Shown here piece by piece: positions 40,136 through 55,143 of a stretch of DNA of 64,000 bases. The notes under the pieces were generated by a model. The model was not told where the DNA came from. It did no database searches and was given only the letters and a program-made list of their open reading frames with translations. The first letter of the stretch is position 1; every line of letters begins with the position of its first letter. The DNA comes from the human T2T-CHM13v2.0 reference genome, Homo sapiens. The stretch lies in assembly GCF_009914755.1 (NCBI RefSeq), contig NC_060940.1. One strand, given 5' to 3'. A program made the position numbers and the translations under genes.

Positions 40136-43100
40136 GGACACGGGTGGTCAGGTGCTGTCTCTTCTCCAGGTTCTCTGTGAGGTGAAATGGTGAGGCTGCC
40201 CTATATGTGTCCTTAAGGCAGAATGTGGACTCCATGCAGGGGTGGGTGTTTGTCTGTGTATCTTGGGACATTGAGCGCCTCACGGTGACTGAGAGCTGGG
40301 AGGAAGGTGTGGTCAGTGTGGGCTTCAGGCAGAAAAGTGAGCAGAGCCTCCTTCTCAGCAGGTCACCCAGAAGCTGTGACCTGGAGGTGGTCCTGCAGGT
40401 GGCTGTGAGGGGCTCTCTGGCTAACAGACTGAGGACAGGTGTCTCTCCATCATTTTTTCTCATAAAGGAGTGAGTCAGCAGGCTTGAAGAAGGTGGCCGG
40501 CTTGGCCTGGAGGCTGGACGTTTGAGGTGCATGGGGCGTGAGCTGTGTATGCTTCCCCCGGGAGGGAGCATGTCAGCTGGCTTCCATCGGGCAGAGGCCT
40601 TTTGTTTTTCTAGGCAGCGCTGTCACGTCGAGTCTGTAATTTGAAGAAATCAGTTGTTGGCACTCGGTTTTGTGCTGCCTTCCCTTGCACATGAGAGTGT
40701 GTTAGCAGGTGGGGCTCTTCATTCCTTTGTGACTGATAAAGCCCCATGCCACCCACCAAGGCACAAGATGACAAGCCCTCCTGGCTCTCTCATCTCGCTT
40801 CCCACAGTGCCTCTCATGGCCCCACAGATGGAGAGCTGGGAATCGGCTTATGATTTGAACCACCAGAGTCAGTAACGGGGGTTCTGGAAAGTGGGAAGGC
40901 AGCTAACGGTGTAGTGGAGACTCTTTAGCTCTTTGGGGACTGCAGAACAGCTCGCCAGGAAAATAGAGGCGTGCACTGTGGCAGGGATGCTGCCTGGCTG
41001 AGCCTGGAAGGCAATCCCGTCCCGGCCTTGAGGGGCCTCGGTGGGTGTAGTGTGGGGATATGGCTGGGGAAAGCAGGGACTGAGGCCAGACAGGGTGTTC
41101 TGCTCCCAGGTGACGCCACGCTGTGGGGATCCCGTGAGCCTCAGCAGCCGGATGCCGAGCACTCTGTTCTCCTTGTATCCTGGGCGCTGCTGCAGGGGAG
41201 ACTTCTGCCTCGATTGAAGTCCGACTAGGCCTCCCAGAGCAGGGGCTGCAGGTGCCTTGGGCTGAGGGAGCTCAGGACAGCAGAGTCACGTGTGCGGGGC
41301 TGTGCGTGTTCTTCCCGTCTCCCCGAGCACCTCTCATGGGTTCTCAGGATCCAGTGAGGGCCGCTGCTTCTTCACCTGGTGGGCCCAGGAAGCTTGCACT
41401 TTAAGGCCGGTGCTCACTCCTAACTAGTAATTGGACTTGGACACATCACTTCTCCTTTTTCTGGCTTTTGCCTCAAAACCAAAGTGATGAGAGTAGTGAC
41501 ATTCCTACTTCATGAGGCTTTAAAAAAAAAATGTCTGTCAAATAACATGAGATCAAATGCTTAAAGTGGAAAATGGCAGTTAAATTCAAGGTGATCTTTT
41601 GATCCCATCATGATAGGATTTTTCCCGCTCCCTGTTAAGTGCGGCTGCTCAGTGCTGTCAGAAAAGGTAAAGGAATCCGAGCCCTGAGGGCTGCCCAGAC
41701 GTGGGCGCTTGCCCCAGCTGCTGTCCAGTAGCATCTGCGGGCGGCGCCTGCACCCGTAAGTGCATGTTCAGATCCTCGCCCTCCTCACCCACTGCACTCT
41801 GCGGGCAGCACTTGGGCGGCTGGTCCGTTCTCTGGATCTCCTTTGTGGCCGGCAGGGGGCATTCGCCCAGGCTGGGGCCTGGAGCGCAGACGGAAGGAAT
41901 TAGATAATTTGATGTCTGAGGACAATGGAAACTCGGTGGCGGGTAACCAGATGAATATATATTTTTTATTTAATAAGTGTGAGTCAGGGTTTGAACTGGC
42001 AACTTGATTTTTACAAAGTTGAACTTAAATGTGAATGTTTTCACTCATTTCTCTTACCTATACACCTGGGTGTTTTAGATTTATCTTCTTTCCTGTTACT
42101 AACCCGTTTTTAAATTTTGTATGGACTCATTCATCCTTCAAAGTCTATGGAATTTTTCTCCTGGAGTGTGAAGGTGGGAGGGTCACAGGAGGGCGGTTCT
42201 GAGGATGTTTCTTTTTATCGACTCGTGCTCCAAAGATGTTTTCCTGCTGGTGGGATGGCTGTTTCTTTCTTGCCCTCCCGGTGGCAGCAGCTGGGCTGCT
42301 TTGTATCTAAAATCAGTAGCTGGGCTCTCATGAAACTATTGAAGTGCAGTTTGAAAGCTGGGTTTTCCGGTAACTATGGTGCAACCTCTGGCAGCAGCTG
42401 GGCTCTCCTGTAAGGATTTCCTAGTGATTTTAATGGTTGGGTTCCCCCATGACCACAGCCAGCGGCTGGGTTCCTCTGTGAGTCACTAAAGTTGCTCAGC
42501 CTGGGGCTTCCTGAGGCGCCTGAGTCACCCAGCCAAGATTCGAGGGTGACTTGGAGTATTTTAGAGATGACCCGAAAATTGGAAGCCAAAGGGCGGCTGC
42601 TTCCTGTATGGCTTCTTTATGCATGAGGATGAAAATGTGCTGCCGAAACCACTTTAGGGTGTTCTTCCCTCTCATCCTACAAATCCCACCGTCCTGACTG
42701 GTTTCTTTTTGTCTGCAGCACAGACAGGTTGGTTGTGATTATACAGAGATTCTAAACGTGTCTCAAGTATCTACTGATAAGAAAGTCAAGAGGCATGTTT
42801 CCAAAACCCGAGGGACTTTTGATACCTAATCGAGTACTTAAAAAAACCCAAACACTTCTTCCTCTGTTTTAATTATTTCCACCATTTTAGTCTCAATGGG
42901 AACAGATTTTTAGGGTTTGGGCAGTAGAGTCCGAACTTGAGGCTCTTGGTAGTTGAAACGGGACACTTTTCAGCTTAATCTTTTTATTACTACAATTTTG
43001 GATTCCATCCATGTATTTTCCTGTAAATTAGTGAAGTTGCATGAGCCAGCTAGAGAGGCCACTGCATTGAAGAGCCCTTCCCATCATGCCCACATTCGTC

Positions 43101-43627
43101 ATCGCTACAGGGATGGGGTCCTGTGGCCTAGTGGGAAGTGGCCGGGCGTGCAGTGGGGCGCTGGCTCCCTCCTGTCACCTGCTCCGCCGTGGCCTTCGGA
43201 TCCTCAGTTTTCTCCCTGTTGAATACAGGGCATCTCTGGATGCTGCTCAGGGCGTGCTGAGAGCTCTCCGTAGCGCAGGTGGTAGAGAACTGGGGGTCCC
43301 AGGACAGTTCTCTGCGTGTGCACGGTGAGCCCCAGGAAGACGATGCACCTGGCTTTGGCCCCACAGTGAGAGTAGGTTGTGCCCACTCGGCTTGTGGTAT
43401 AGGGACTCCAGGGATGAGGACACAGGCCCTGCCCGTAAGGAGTTTGTACTCTAGTTGAGAAGGCACGATAGAGAGGCGTCGGGAATGACATAAGCAAGCC
43501 CCGGACCTGAGCAGCGATGGGAGGGTGTCTTGCAGTCCGTTGTCATCAGTATTTACACAGGAGCAGCCACTGTGCGCCAGAATGTTCTGGGTGCCTGACC
43601 CCCATGGGTGGACACAACAAAGGCCCC

Positions 43628-44028
43628 TGTGTTTATGAGGGGGACAGAGTAACAGTGCATACATGAATTCTCCAAACTGTGTTTGCGAGGGGAACAGAAT
43701 AACAATACATGCGTGAATTCTCCAAACTGTGTTTACCAGGGGAACAGAGTAACAATACATACATGAATTCTCCAAACTGTGTTTGTGAGGGGGACAGAGT
43801 AACAATACATAACTTGAATTCTCCAAACTGTGTTTATGAGGGGGACAGAGTAACAAAAATACATACTTCAATTCTCCAAACCGTGTTTACCAGGGGAACA
43901 GAGTAACAATACATACATGAATTCTCCAAACTGTGTTTGCGAGGGGAACAGTAACAATACACACCTGAATTTTCGAAACTGTGTTTGTGAGGGGGACAGA
44001 GTAACAATACACACATGAATTCTCCAAA
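43628..44028. repeat. Minisatellite, ~50-bp unit x8
   Basis: Unit TGTGTTTGTGAGGGGGACAGAGTAACAATACATACATGAATTCTCCAAAC. Confidence 0.95.
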
Positions 44029-44612
44029 TGCCGGAAGGTGGTCAGTGCTCTGACAAAACAAGTGGGAGGAGGGTGGGAGCCCAGGAGGGCGGGAGGGCCA
44101 GGTGGTTATCCAGGGGGATGGTGAAGCCAGGACATGAAGGAAGGGAAGGCGGTGGCCGAGCAGGCCCGAGTAGGCAGAGGACCAGCGAGTTCTGATCCAA
44201 TTGTTGAGGTCCCTGATCTCACCCTCTGGGCATTCAGGACCTTGGGTGCTGCTGTGAGCTCAGGGCAGAGGGAAGTTGGGGCGTGGAAGGTCTGGGAATC
44301 TTGTGAGAGCCCCAAGTGTGCACCTGGTGTGGGCCGACCGAGTCAGAGGGATCGAGAAGTTAAGTAAATGGAAAGAGTGTGTCATGACACCTTAGTGAGC
44401 ATTTATATCTCGTGGGGAGCCCCGCCTGTGGGCCAGCTAAGCACCTTCTGTGCAGTGGGCCTTTCCAGACCCTTGCAGGAAGACGGGGCCGGCCTGGCGG
44501 GCTGGGGTGCCTGGGTGAGGCCTCTTCAGCGGGCCCCGGCCCTGCAGCCAGGCAGCTCCTGGTGGCTGTCCCGAACAGGCCTCACCGCTTCTCCTTGGAT
44601 GTGTCCTTCCAG

Positions 44613-44780
44613 GTCACCTTTTCTATAAATTTGGCATCACAGAATCCGACTGGTACCGAATCAAGCAGAGCATTGACTCCAAGTGCCGCACGGCGTGGCG
44701 GCGCAAGCAGCGGGGCCAGAGCCTGGCGGTCAAGAGCTTCTCGCGGAGAACGCCCAACTCGTCCTCCTACTGCCCTTCAG
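44613..44780 (+). CDS. BANP: BANP coding exon, C-terminal part of the BEN domain plus Arg/Lys-rich segment
   Basis: Acceptor gtgtccttccAG|GT and donor TCAG|GTAGGC. Encodes HLFYKFGITESDWYRIKQSIDSKCRTAWRRKQRGQSLAVKSFSRRTPNSSSYCPS(E). 168 nt. Confidence 0.96.
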
Positions 44781-46124
44781 GTAGGCCTCGTGCTGCAGGA
44801 GAGGCCGCCCTCCCCCGCTCGGGGCAGCTGGCCTGGTGGCACCCTCAGGGGCAGCCAGTGCGTGGCCAGCGGCTCCACCAGTGGCCGGGAGCCGAGGCCA
44901 GAGGCTTGCGCGGTGCGCACGGAGCAGTGGAGCCGCAGGACCTGTGCCTGGCCCCGTGCGCCCTTCACACGGACAGCCTCGGGCCTGCTCCAGGCTCCTC
45001 CGTGAGGGACAGAGGGCCTGTTGGGCCTCCCGGAAGTCTTCTGGATGGGGGCAAGGAGGCCGAGGCCTTTGCGTGGGGCTGCCGGCCGTTGTATTCTCAC
45101 GATTTGCCGGGTGACTCCGGGTGAAGAAGTGGGGTGGATTCTGAATTATGCTTTATTTTTGCTTTGAGTTCATGGCCTTAGTTGGATTTATCCACAAGAT
45201 AATGGAAACAGTTCTCTTTGAGTTGCCTCTCAGGCATCGCTGGGGGGATTGTTCTCCTTGGAGAATTTTCACTAGGAATGACAATGTGACTTGATACTGC
45301 CTTTCACCCAAGACATCTCAAAATATTTTAGTAAGTATTTGAATGAAAACTATTCTCTTAAAGCTCCCCACAGTAGCTGCATTGGCAGCGACTCTTGGAA
45401 CTTGAGCTGTGACTGGGGCTGGGGTCAGGATGCAAGGGCAGCCGTGGGCAGGGCCAGCTCTCCTATTCAGTGGAGTCTTTGTCGGCGGGAACCCTTTGTT
45501 CTGGAAGTCCTGGGAGTTGCAGACCAGATCACCTGGAGTTCTCCCGGGGCCTGGTTCTTTCTGAACCGGACTTCAGGAAGTGGTTTTCTCGGGCTGTTTT
45601 GGTAGTTATCAGATACTCGGCCTCAGCTGCTGCCCAGGGGCTTGAGGATGGGAGGTGGCTGCCTGTAGTGGGCCACACAAGTTGTGTCCCTAAAGCAGCG
45701 CTTTATTGAGTGACCTGTGTTGAAGAAGCTCTTCTATTCTAGGCCTTTCTACTACAATGAGGAATTCTGCCTTGGGACGAGAGAGAGGTAGCAGTCCTGG
45801 GGTGTGGGTTAAGGGCATTCACTGAAATACCATGTAGCAGCGTAACCTGTGGCTATTGAAATGCGGCTGTAGGAATATTGCGCATGACTTGAATTCTGCT
45901 CTTGAATATTCATAGCTAGGCAGCAGAGAGCGATGTGAGGACTATACTTATGGCATGATACCATTTTTATTGCAAATATATAGGTATATGTGGAAGTTGA
46001 TTAAAAATTTATGTGTGATCATTTTTACAGTGCCTGTCTCTAGGTAGTAGGATAATTTTTATTTTTCCCTTTGTCTTTCATTGTAGTTTCTCAGTTATTT
46101 CCAATAAGCACTGCATTAGTTTTA

Positions 46125-46856
<732 letters not shown>

Positions 46857-47179
46857 CTAAGACATTAGACAAGCAACAGCACAGGACCGTGATCCTGAGA
46901 GAAGGAACATGAGAGGAGGGGACAGGGAGATACCGGGCAGAGACACCTGCATCACTGCATGGAGGAGATGGGTTGGAGTTGAGAGAGGCTGAGGCAGCAG
47001 AAAGTTGTGGAATCAAGTTCCTAAGAGCAGAGGGTTACACGGGGGCCTTCTTGGGTGTTTGGGGGACTCCAAGGCAGGCATGAGCTCAATGGCTCCTAAG
47101 CTCACCCCAGGCTGGGTGGTGGTTGGATTCCCACTGGCCGGAGTCCTCAGTGATCAGTCGCTGCACTAGCAGGCCATGC

Positions 47180-47530
47180 CTACTGGCAGGCTAAACTATC
47201 CCTAGAATAAAGGCAGAGCTTAAGACAGCCTGAGAAAGATCACATTGAACCACAAGTAACAACACTTTTAAAAGAAAGACAACAAAACCTAGACACCCAA
47301 CAAAGTAAAATTCACAATCTCCAGTATCTAGTCCAGAGTAGCAGGAAGCAGGAGATTGTGACCTATGATCAGAAAATCAGCAAATAGGAAGGGACCCTGT
47401 CTGGAATTAACTGACCAGGACATTGAAATCTATTAAAATTACATTCAAGAATTTAAAGGAGAAAAGGAACATAGCAAGGAGAGAAATAGAAGACATAAAA
47501 AAGAACCGTATGGAACTCCTAGACTCGAAG
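47180..47530 (+). mobile_element. Old L1 5'/ORF1-region fragment
   Basis: A-rich sense sequence: cacccaacaaagtaaaattcacaat...gcaggaagcaggaga..gtgacc..tgatcagaaaatcag...ggaattaactgac. Confidence 0.55.
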
Positions 47531-48489
47531 AGTGAGGAGAGTTGTTGCCAGGCTTGCCTTCCATGTGTTTCGGGTACGTGCATTTGGTAAGGTTAGCGGT
47601 CTGCTTCATCCAATGGGGAATGAAAACCCAAGTTAAATGACTTGCCAGGACCTTAGTGAGCAAGAAGCTGCTGTTATATAACCTGACGACTGCCAGATAT
47701 GTTGGCCTGCGTCATTAGGATACCAGAATCTTGAAAGAGTACATTTAATGAGCTGAAATGTCACAGCTGGAAATGTAGACTCAGAGCATTTGCACAGGAG
47801 TAGACGGTGGTGCAACAGCGTGTGAAGCCGAGTGTTTTGCTGGCTGCGCTGGTAGGCAGGAGCTTCCTCGGAGCCCTTGTGGTTGCAAGGTGCACTCTGG
47901 AGCACACCCATTCTTTGCTTGTCTGCCCTGTGGCCCCAGTGGAGTGTTTTGGAGCTGCTGGGAGAAGCTGTCCAGGGACAGACTGTCATGGTGGCAGTGG
48001 GCTGGAAACCGTTGTCTTTGGGGAAACGGTTAGAAATGGAGATTTCACAAGGTTTGATAATGCTTAGATGCCTGGAGAAGTAGCGCATAAGTAAAGAATT
48101 AGGCTGGTTTTGTAGGTGCTAAGAGGGTCAGTGGAGGAACAGCAGCTCCGCGGAGGTGGGCTTCAGCCCAGCTGGGATTTTGTCATTTTCTTCCTGGGGT
48201 GCACAAGGCTTGCTCGAGGACCTGTGGTGGTGAGTGCTCCGTAACTGCTCAGGCAGACAGGAAGCCGCCGTGGAGCACGCAGCACTGCCTGGCGGTGGTT
48301 GCTTTGGGACATGACCCATCACTGGAGGTGCTCAGGTGGAGTCAGGGTCTTTGGCTGGAGCCGAGCTCTCCACATGCAGCATGCAGGTGGGCTTGTTGAA
48401 TCTCCTTTGAATCTCATGAATTTCAGATTCTGATTTAGTGTAGCTAGGCAATTTCTAGCATATTGCAAGTATCAACATTCTGTTAATGT

Positions 48490-48838
<349 letters not shown>

Positions 48839-48882
48839 CTAGGTACTATGGCAATTTAATACCTACCATTAGCTATTGGTAA

Positions 48883-49233
<351 letters not shown>

Positions 49234-49255
49234 GCTTCTCTTTAATAATCAATAA

Positions 49256-49628
<373 letters not shown>

Positions 49629-50236
49629 CTACATTTTTATGCTTAAAAGCTTTTTAAAATTAGTCATTATAATTCTCTGCAACAAAACTACGTGTATACA
49701 TTGAAAATTAAAAAGTTTTTCTGCGCTCTTAATATTCTGAGAGTTTAAGAAAATTATGATTGAGACATCATTACAGTGAAAATTAATACACAGTACATCA
49801 AAGCAAATGTATCTCATTTTGATTAAACACAGCAAGTAAAATTTGTTGGAAATGTATCTTTAAGTGTGCGGATGAGACTTTTGCTCTATTAGTTTAATTA
49901 CCCATGGACAAATATTGCCAGCCTGAAACAGCTTTTAATGTCCACTTTAAGAACTTCATTCATTTAAATAAGTTGGGGACTAGAAGGGGTTTTGTCATAG
50001 CAGCATCACGCCACTCTCAGGCCCTTTTGCATTCCATGTCGGAAGCCTCAGTTCCTAAGACTCACTGGTAGTGATCTCTGCAGAAGAGTGGAGATGCAGT
50101 GAGTCGAGGAAAAATGAAGCATTTCCTCTTCTCTGCTGTGGGAGTCGACAGTGGGGGACGGGGGTGCACACATGCCGCACAAGGCAATGCCTAAGAAACT
50201 TCTCGTTCACCCCGTTCACACCTGTTGCCCCCACAG

Positions 50237-50373
50237 AGCCGATGATGAGCACCCCACCTCCTGCCAGCGAGCTCCCGCAGCCACAGCCGCAGCCGCAGGC
50301 CCTGCACTACGCGCTGGCCAACGCACAGCAGGTGCAGATCCACCAGATCGGAGAAGACGGACAGGTGCAAGTA
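50237..50373 (+). CDS. BANP: BANP coding exon, Pro/Gln-rich
   Basis: Acceptor gttgcccccacAG|AG and donor GTA|GTACGT. Encodes PMMSTPPPASELPQPQPQPQALHYALANAQQVQIHQIGEDGQVQV. Confidence 0.92.
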
Positions 50374-51938
50374 GTACGTACCCTCTCCACCTCACACCTT
50401 GGGAAAGGGGGCTGCGGGGTGGGCCACGGCAGGGCCATGGCGGCTTCCACCGGTTCCGCTGTGTTTTGGGAGCACAGTGATAGCTTGGGAGGAGGCACAA
50501 GGTCCCCATTTAAAGTAGAGGTCATCGTGGCCATGAGCTCTTAACATTTCACAGGTGGGGGCGGCTGCTGCAGAGCCTAGGGATTGAAGCACATGGTGGG
50601 GTGGGGCATTCAGTCAGCTCACCTCAGTCCTGCCAGCAGGCAGGCGGGCAGTCAGCTCCAAGGGTCAGGCCGTGCGGTGGTCCCTGCCCCAGCTCGTGCT
50701 CCTGGGAAACATCGGAAATACTTCTCAGTTCAGAAGTGCAGGCGCTCTCTTACTGAGGGAAAGAGTAATTTCCTTCTAGGATCAGTGGCAAAAGCTTGAG
50801 GTCATTGTTCCCATGCAGCGTGTCCCTTGGAGTTACTCAGCACACCCAGGTTGGGCGGGCACTGTCCCAGCAGCAAGTCAATGTCCTGCCTTGCCCGTGC
50901 GGAGTTCTCTATTGGGGTTTTGTGACCCAAGCTGTGGTCAGCCTGATGCGCCTAGGGGCTTGCTCCTGGGTGAAGTCCCTCTACAAACACCTCCTGGATT
51001 CTGTGGCATGAGAGTAGGGCGTGGCTGAGAAGGAAGGAAGACTTTTCTGGAAGCTTTGCTGAGTGACTAGAAATTTTACATGCACCACTAGACCTCGCCT
51101 ATGTTTTTAGTGGCACCAGCCCCCTTGGGCCCTCTGAAGACAGGTCATCGTGTGCCTCCGTGTCACCAGGGCTTTCTCCTGGAAACAAGGTCCTCCACTA
51201 TTGAGAGTGGGGCGTGGCTCTCATCTCAGTGTGGCTTCAGCATGCTGTCTGGAAGAGGGAAGGCTTCCAGAAAATTCTGGGGCTTTTAGAGGGGGCGTTA
51301 CCCTTCCTCTTCCAAAGGAGATGAGACAGTTATGAATAGTGAATCTTATTTAATAAGCTTATTAATTTGTTTGACATTCACAACGGCAGTTCCTCTCATC
51401 TTGTTAGTAAGAAGTTCTTTGAAAGCGTTCCAGAGTAGATAACTTTGTCATAAGGCTTACATAGAACATTCTACAGGAGTTTATTTTAAGATCCATTTCG
51501 ACTAAGAGAGAATTTCAAATAAGATAAGGAGTACTCGTTTCATTTACAGGTTTATAGGAATTATTTGTCTGCCCATATGTATAAACAGTGGATTCTTTGA
51601 TTTTTTTTGAATCACATTTATTAGTGTTTACTCAAACTGTCTAAATAGTCATATGAGTGTTTCTTTGATTTGAAAAACGTTGCCTGCCCTGTTGTGAGTG
51701 TAGGCACGCCAACAGCTCCCCTGCTTCAGCCACACACTGCTTGCGTAGCCTCCCAGTATCCCCAGAGAGCTGAACGTATCATTTGAAAAGAGGTGTCATT
51801 GTGATTTTCTATTTCCCCTCTTTTCTGTGTGTCATGCACATTTTAAAATTTACTTGTTTAGTAACATTTAAAGATGTAAATATCTTTCCTGGGACCTATT
51901 GCTCCTTTGTGAAGTGCTGGAAAATGTTCTGTGTTACA

Positions 51939-52279
51939 CAGCAGCCCCCCCTTACCCATGCTTCCACTTTCCCAGGCTTTAATTACCCATAGTCAACTGT
52001 GATCTGAAAATATTAGATGAGAAACTCCAGAAATAAACAATTTGTAAGTTTCAGATTACATACTCTTCTGAGTAGTAGCATGATGAAGTCTGGTCGTCCT
52101 GCTCTGTCCAGCCCGGGACGTGAGTCGTTCCTTTGTCCAGCATGTCCAAGCTGTGTGGCACATATGGGCGGGAAAAAGCATAGCATATATGGGGTTCAGC
52201 ACCATCCACAGTTTCTGGCGTCCACGTGGTGGGGGTAGGGGGTGCTTCTTGAAACCCTCATGGATGAGGGGGACTACTG
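51939..52279. mobile_element. MER44-type (TcMar-Tigger) non-autonomous DNA transposon with both TIRs
   Basis: Left end CAGCAGCCCCCCCTTACCCATG and right end CATGGATGAGGGGGACTACTG are imperfect inverted repeats. Internal gaaaatatt..tccagaaataaacaatt..taagttt. Confidence 0.8.
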
Positions 52280-52463
52280 TGAACCAAAAGCTTAATTTAA
52301 AGAAGTGACCACAGACTATATTGCACTATTCAGGATTTAGTTATCTTTTTGAATTGTAAACAGATAATCAAGAACAAACATTCCGGAAGATGTTTCTTGT
52401 TTCCTTTGCTTTTGATTTTCTTCTGATGCTTCTTGGTGTCTTTTCTTGCTGCGGATCCCACAG

Positions 52464-52526
52464 GGACACCTCCACATCGCCCAGGTGCCGCAGGGGGAGC
52501 AAGTCCAGATCACGCAGGACAGCGAG
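52464..52526 (+). CDS. BANP: BANP 63-nt coding exon
   Basis: Long pyrimidine tract then ...gcggatcccacAG|GGA, with donor GAG|GTGAGT. Encodes GHLHIAQVPQGEQVQITQDSE. Confidence 0.92.
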
Positions 52527-55104
52527 GTGAGTCAGCTCTCGCTGCAGCACTGTCCCTGCAGGCACCGTGCCCACATGCTCCCGACCTTCATCGGTGTCAC
52601 AGTGCGAGGGCAGCAGGGAGCCCCCAGGACAGGGAACGTGGGCAAGGGCTGCAGGACTCCGCTTCCAGGGTGCACATAGCGGGCCTGCAGTCTCTGTGGC
52701 CTCTCTGCCTCCCCCTCCTGTCCGTTGGTCTCCACAGCTTCTGGTCTGTCTTGGTAAAGATCTCCTGGGTAGATGTTTCTACTGCTGGCTGGAAGTGCCC
52801 TCTGAGTACCCTTCTCTCCCTGTCTGGCCCTGCCCTTCCTGCCAGGGGAGGCCCCCAGTGTGGCCGAGATGGGGTCTGCCCCTGCGTAGGTGACCTGACA
52901 TACCCCCTCACCTGCCATGTGGCCCCAGCTTCCTAGTGGCCTCTACGGGATTAGTGCCGATTTCATGGGATGGTGGGGAATCCCACAAGGTGATGCTGCC
53001 AGTCCTGAGAGCTGCTCATAGCCCTTGACGCACCTGCTGGGTCTGTGATTGTCTCAGTTTCTGGAGCTCTACCCGGCCACGCACTCAGAAGTGCGGGCTC
53101 AGCTGCTGTTGGGGTCTGGAATGTGAAGGCGGCAGTGACAGTCTGAGTTCTTGGAAAGCCGAGGCCAGCCTGTTGCGATGCTCCATGTTTGCATGCCAGA
53201 GCAGGACTGTCTCCCGGGTGACCGTCCTTCGACTCTGGGCTGTTTCCTGCAGCACAGGCAGCAGCAGGCACAGGGCACTAAGCAGCACACACGTGTTGTA
53301 CTCAGTGACCGTGGTGCGCTCTGGGGGATGAGGAACATGGCTGTTTCTAGGTCGTGACAATGGCACCAGCTTTGTGTTTGGTGCATAGTAGTGTGTCGCT
53401 ACAAAGATCTCAGGCTTCCCCACACACACCAGCAGCAGAGACTAGGAAGCCCGGGTGCTGAGGTCAAGGGGACTCATGGAGATGTTGGCGTGCGAGGCCT
53501 CCTGGGAGCTCATGCTGGGTGCAGGTGCTGTGGGGGAGCAGAGGAGAGAGAAGCCCTGCCATCGGGGACTCACAGCGGGCGCAGAGCCTCCTGCCCAAGT
53601 GCCCGTGAGCAAGACTGTGGACACATGCACGCCGTGGCACGTGGAGCACCAGGGACTCGGGCGTGTCTGCTGGCAGTGGCTTTAATTTGGACACCAGCAG
53701 TTCCCGGTGGGTTATCCTGAGAGGGGAGCACATGCGTAAGGGTTCTGAGGGCGGAATGAGGATGAGGTGAAAGGGGAGGAACGAATTCATGTGGGGGCCG
53801 TGAGCGACTGGGAATGAGTGGGCTCATCCACACAGCGACATGACCAGGTCACTAAGAAACGTGGTCAGATGGATGGATGGAAGGAAGCAGCAGGGCGGGG
53901 AGCAGGTAGGGGACGGTCCCAGGAGGCCAGAGTGTCCAGGAAGGAGCAGGGCCTTCCCTGTTCTGTGTCTGTGGGTGGGTCAGGGACCATCTCCTTGGAG
54001 ATGTCAGGAGATGCGCCTGTCAGCTCAGCGAGGTCAGGTGCAGGAGTTGGGGGCCTGAGTGGCTGCGAGGTGCAGGATCCCAGCAGCACCTTCCAGTGCA
54101 GGAGCTGCCTTTGAGGGGCAGGGGAAGGTTTGCTTCTCAAGGCACAGACAGATGGGGGCTGGGAGGCTAAGCTCACTGCCAAAGAGCTCAGCCAGAGTTC
54201 TTGAATACCTGGAAGCCTATGAAGTTCGTCAGAATGCTTAATTTCCTTAGAGTCATTGAAAATGCAGGAAAATTGAAACAGCAGCAAAAGAAAAAAATCA
54301 ACACACATTTGCTTTTTATAGTTTATGCTAAAAAAATCTTGACTACTCGAATTTCAATTTTTTATTATTAGTTTTATCCATCAGTTTTCAAAACTGAATC
54401 CATCTTGTATAGGTGATTGTCTTTCGTTTTCAATAGGAATTGAATGCAGTAAGTTAGAAATTGCTAATAATACTAACGATGGCTTTGTGATGAGTGACAG
54501 TATGCAGTCTCGTCACCATACATTCATACCGTGTTCATTTAAAATTATTTTGTTAAAACAGGATATCTGCAAATAAACATTTAGCAGGGTCTGACAGACA
54601 ACACAGTTCCTTTTTACAACAAATGAAAATGAATTTCTAACTGGAGAGCTCTTAGTAGCTCTGTGGTTGAGTGAGTTGGTTCCTTGCGTGCAGCCCGTGA
54701 CCTGGCGTGGTGATGCCGCACAGCTCAGCAAGGCGTCCCCCTTCGGGGAAGCTGGGCGACACACACATAGGACCTCTCTCTGCTACTTTCTGTACTTTTT
54801 GTGAGTCAGATTCTTTCAAAATAAAAAATGAAGTAAAAATGACATTTTCATTTGGGGTCAGGGTAGGGGAATGAGTACAATGCTTTTTGAGTTGTTTGTT
54901 CATCTTTAAAATAATAAATAGTACCTAGAAATGTCAATATTTTGTTTTGGGGCTTTTGTTGCTACTGGAGGTTGAATTTTTGCAGAACTGGGGTTTTCTT
55001 GTTATTCTCAAGTGGCCTGTGATGTGTCTTGGCGTGTTTGCCGTGTCTGAGGGTGTCTTGGTGTGTTTCTACTCATGACCGTCTCCTCCTCTCGTTCTTT
55101 GTAG

Positions 55105-55143
55105 GGCAACCTCCAGATCCATCACGTGGGGCAGGACGGTCAG
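55105..55143 (+). CDS. BANP: BANP 39-nt coding exon
   Basis: Acceptor ctctcgttctttgtAG|GGC and donor CAG|GTGAGT. Encodes GNLQIHHVGQDGQ. Confidence 0.92.

Noticed and set aside
43128-43871. 247-aa minus-strand ORF
   Set aside because: Its N-terminal half is the 50-bp VNTR translated, with no other coding evidence.
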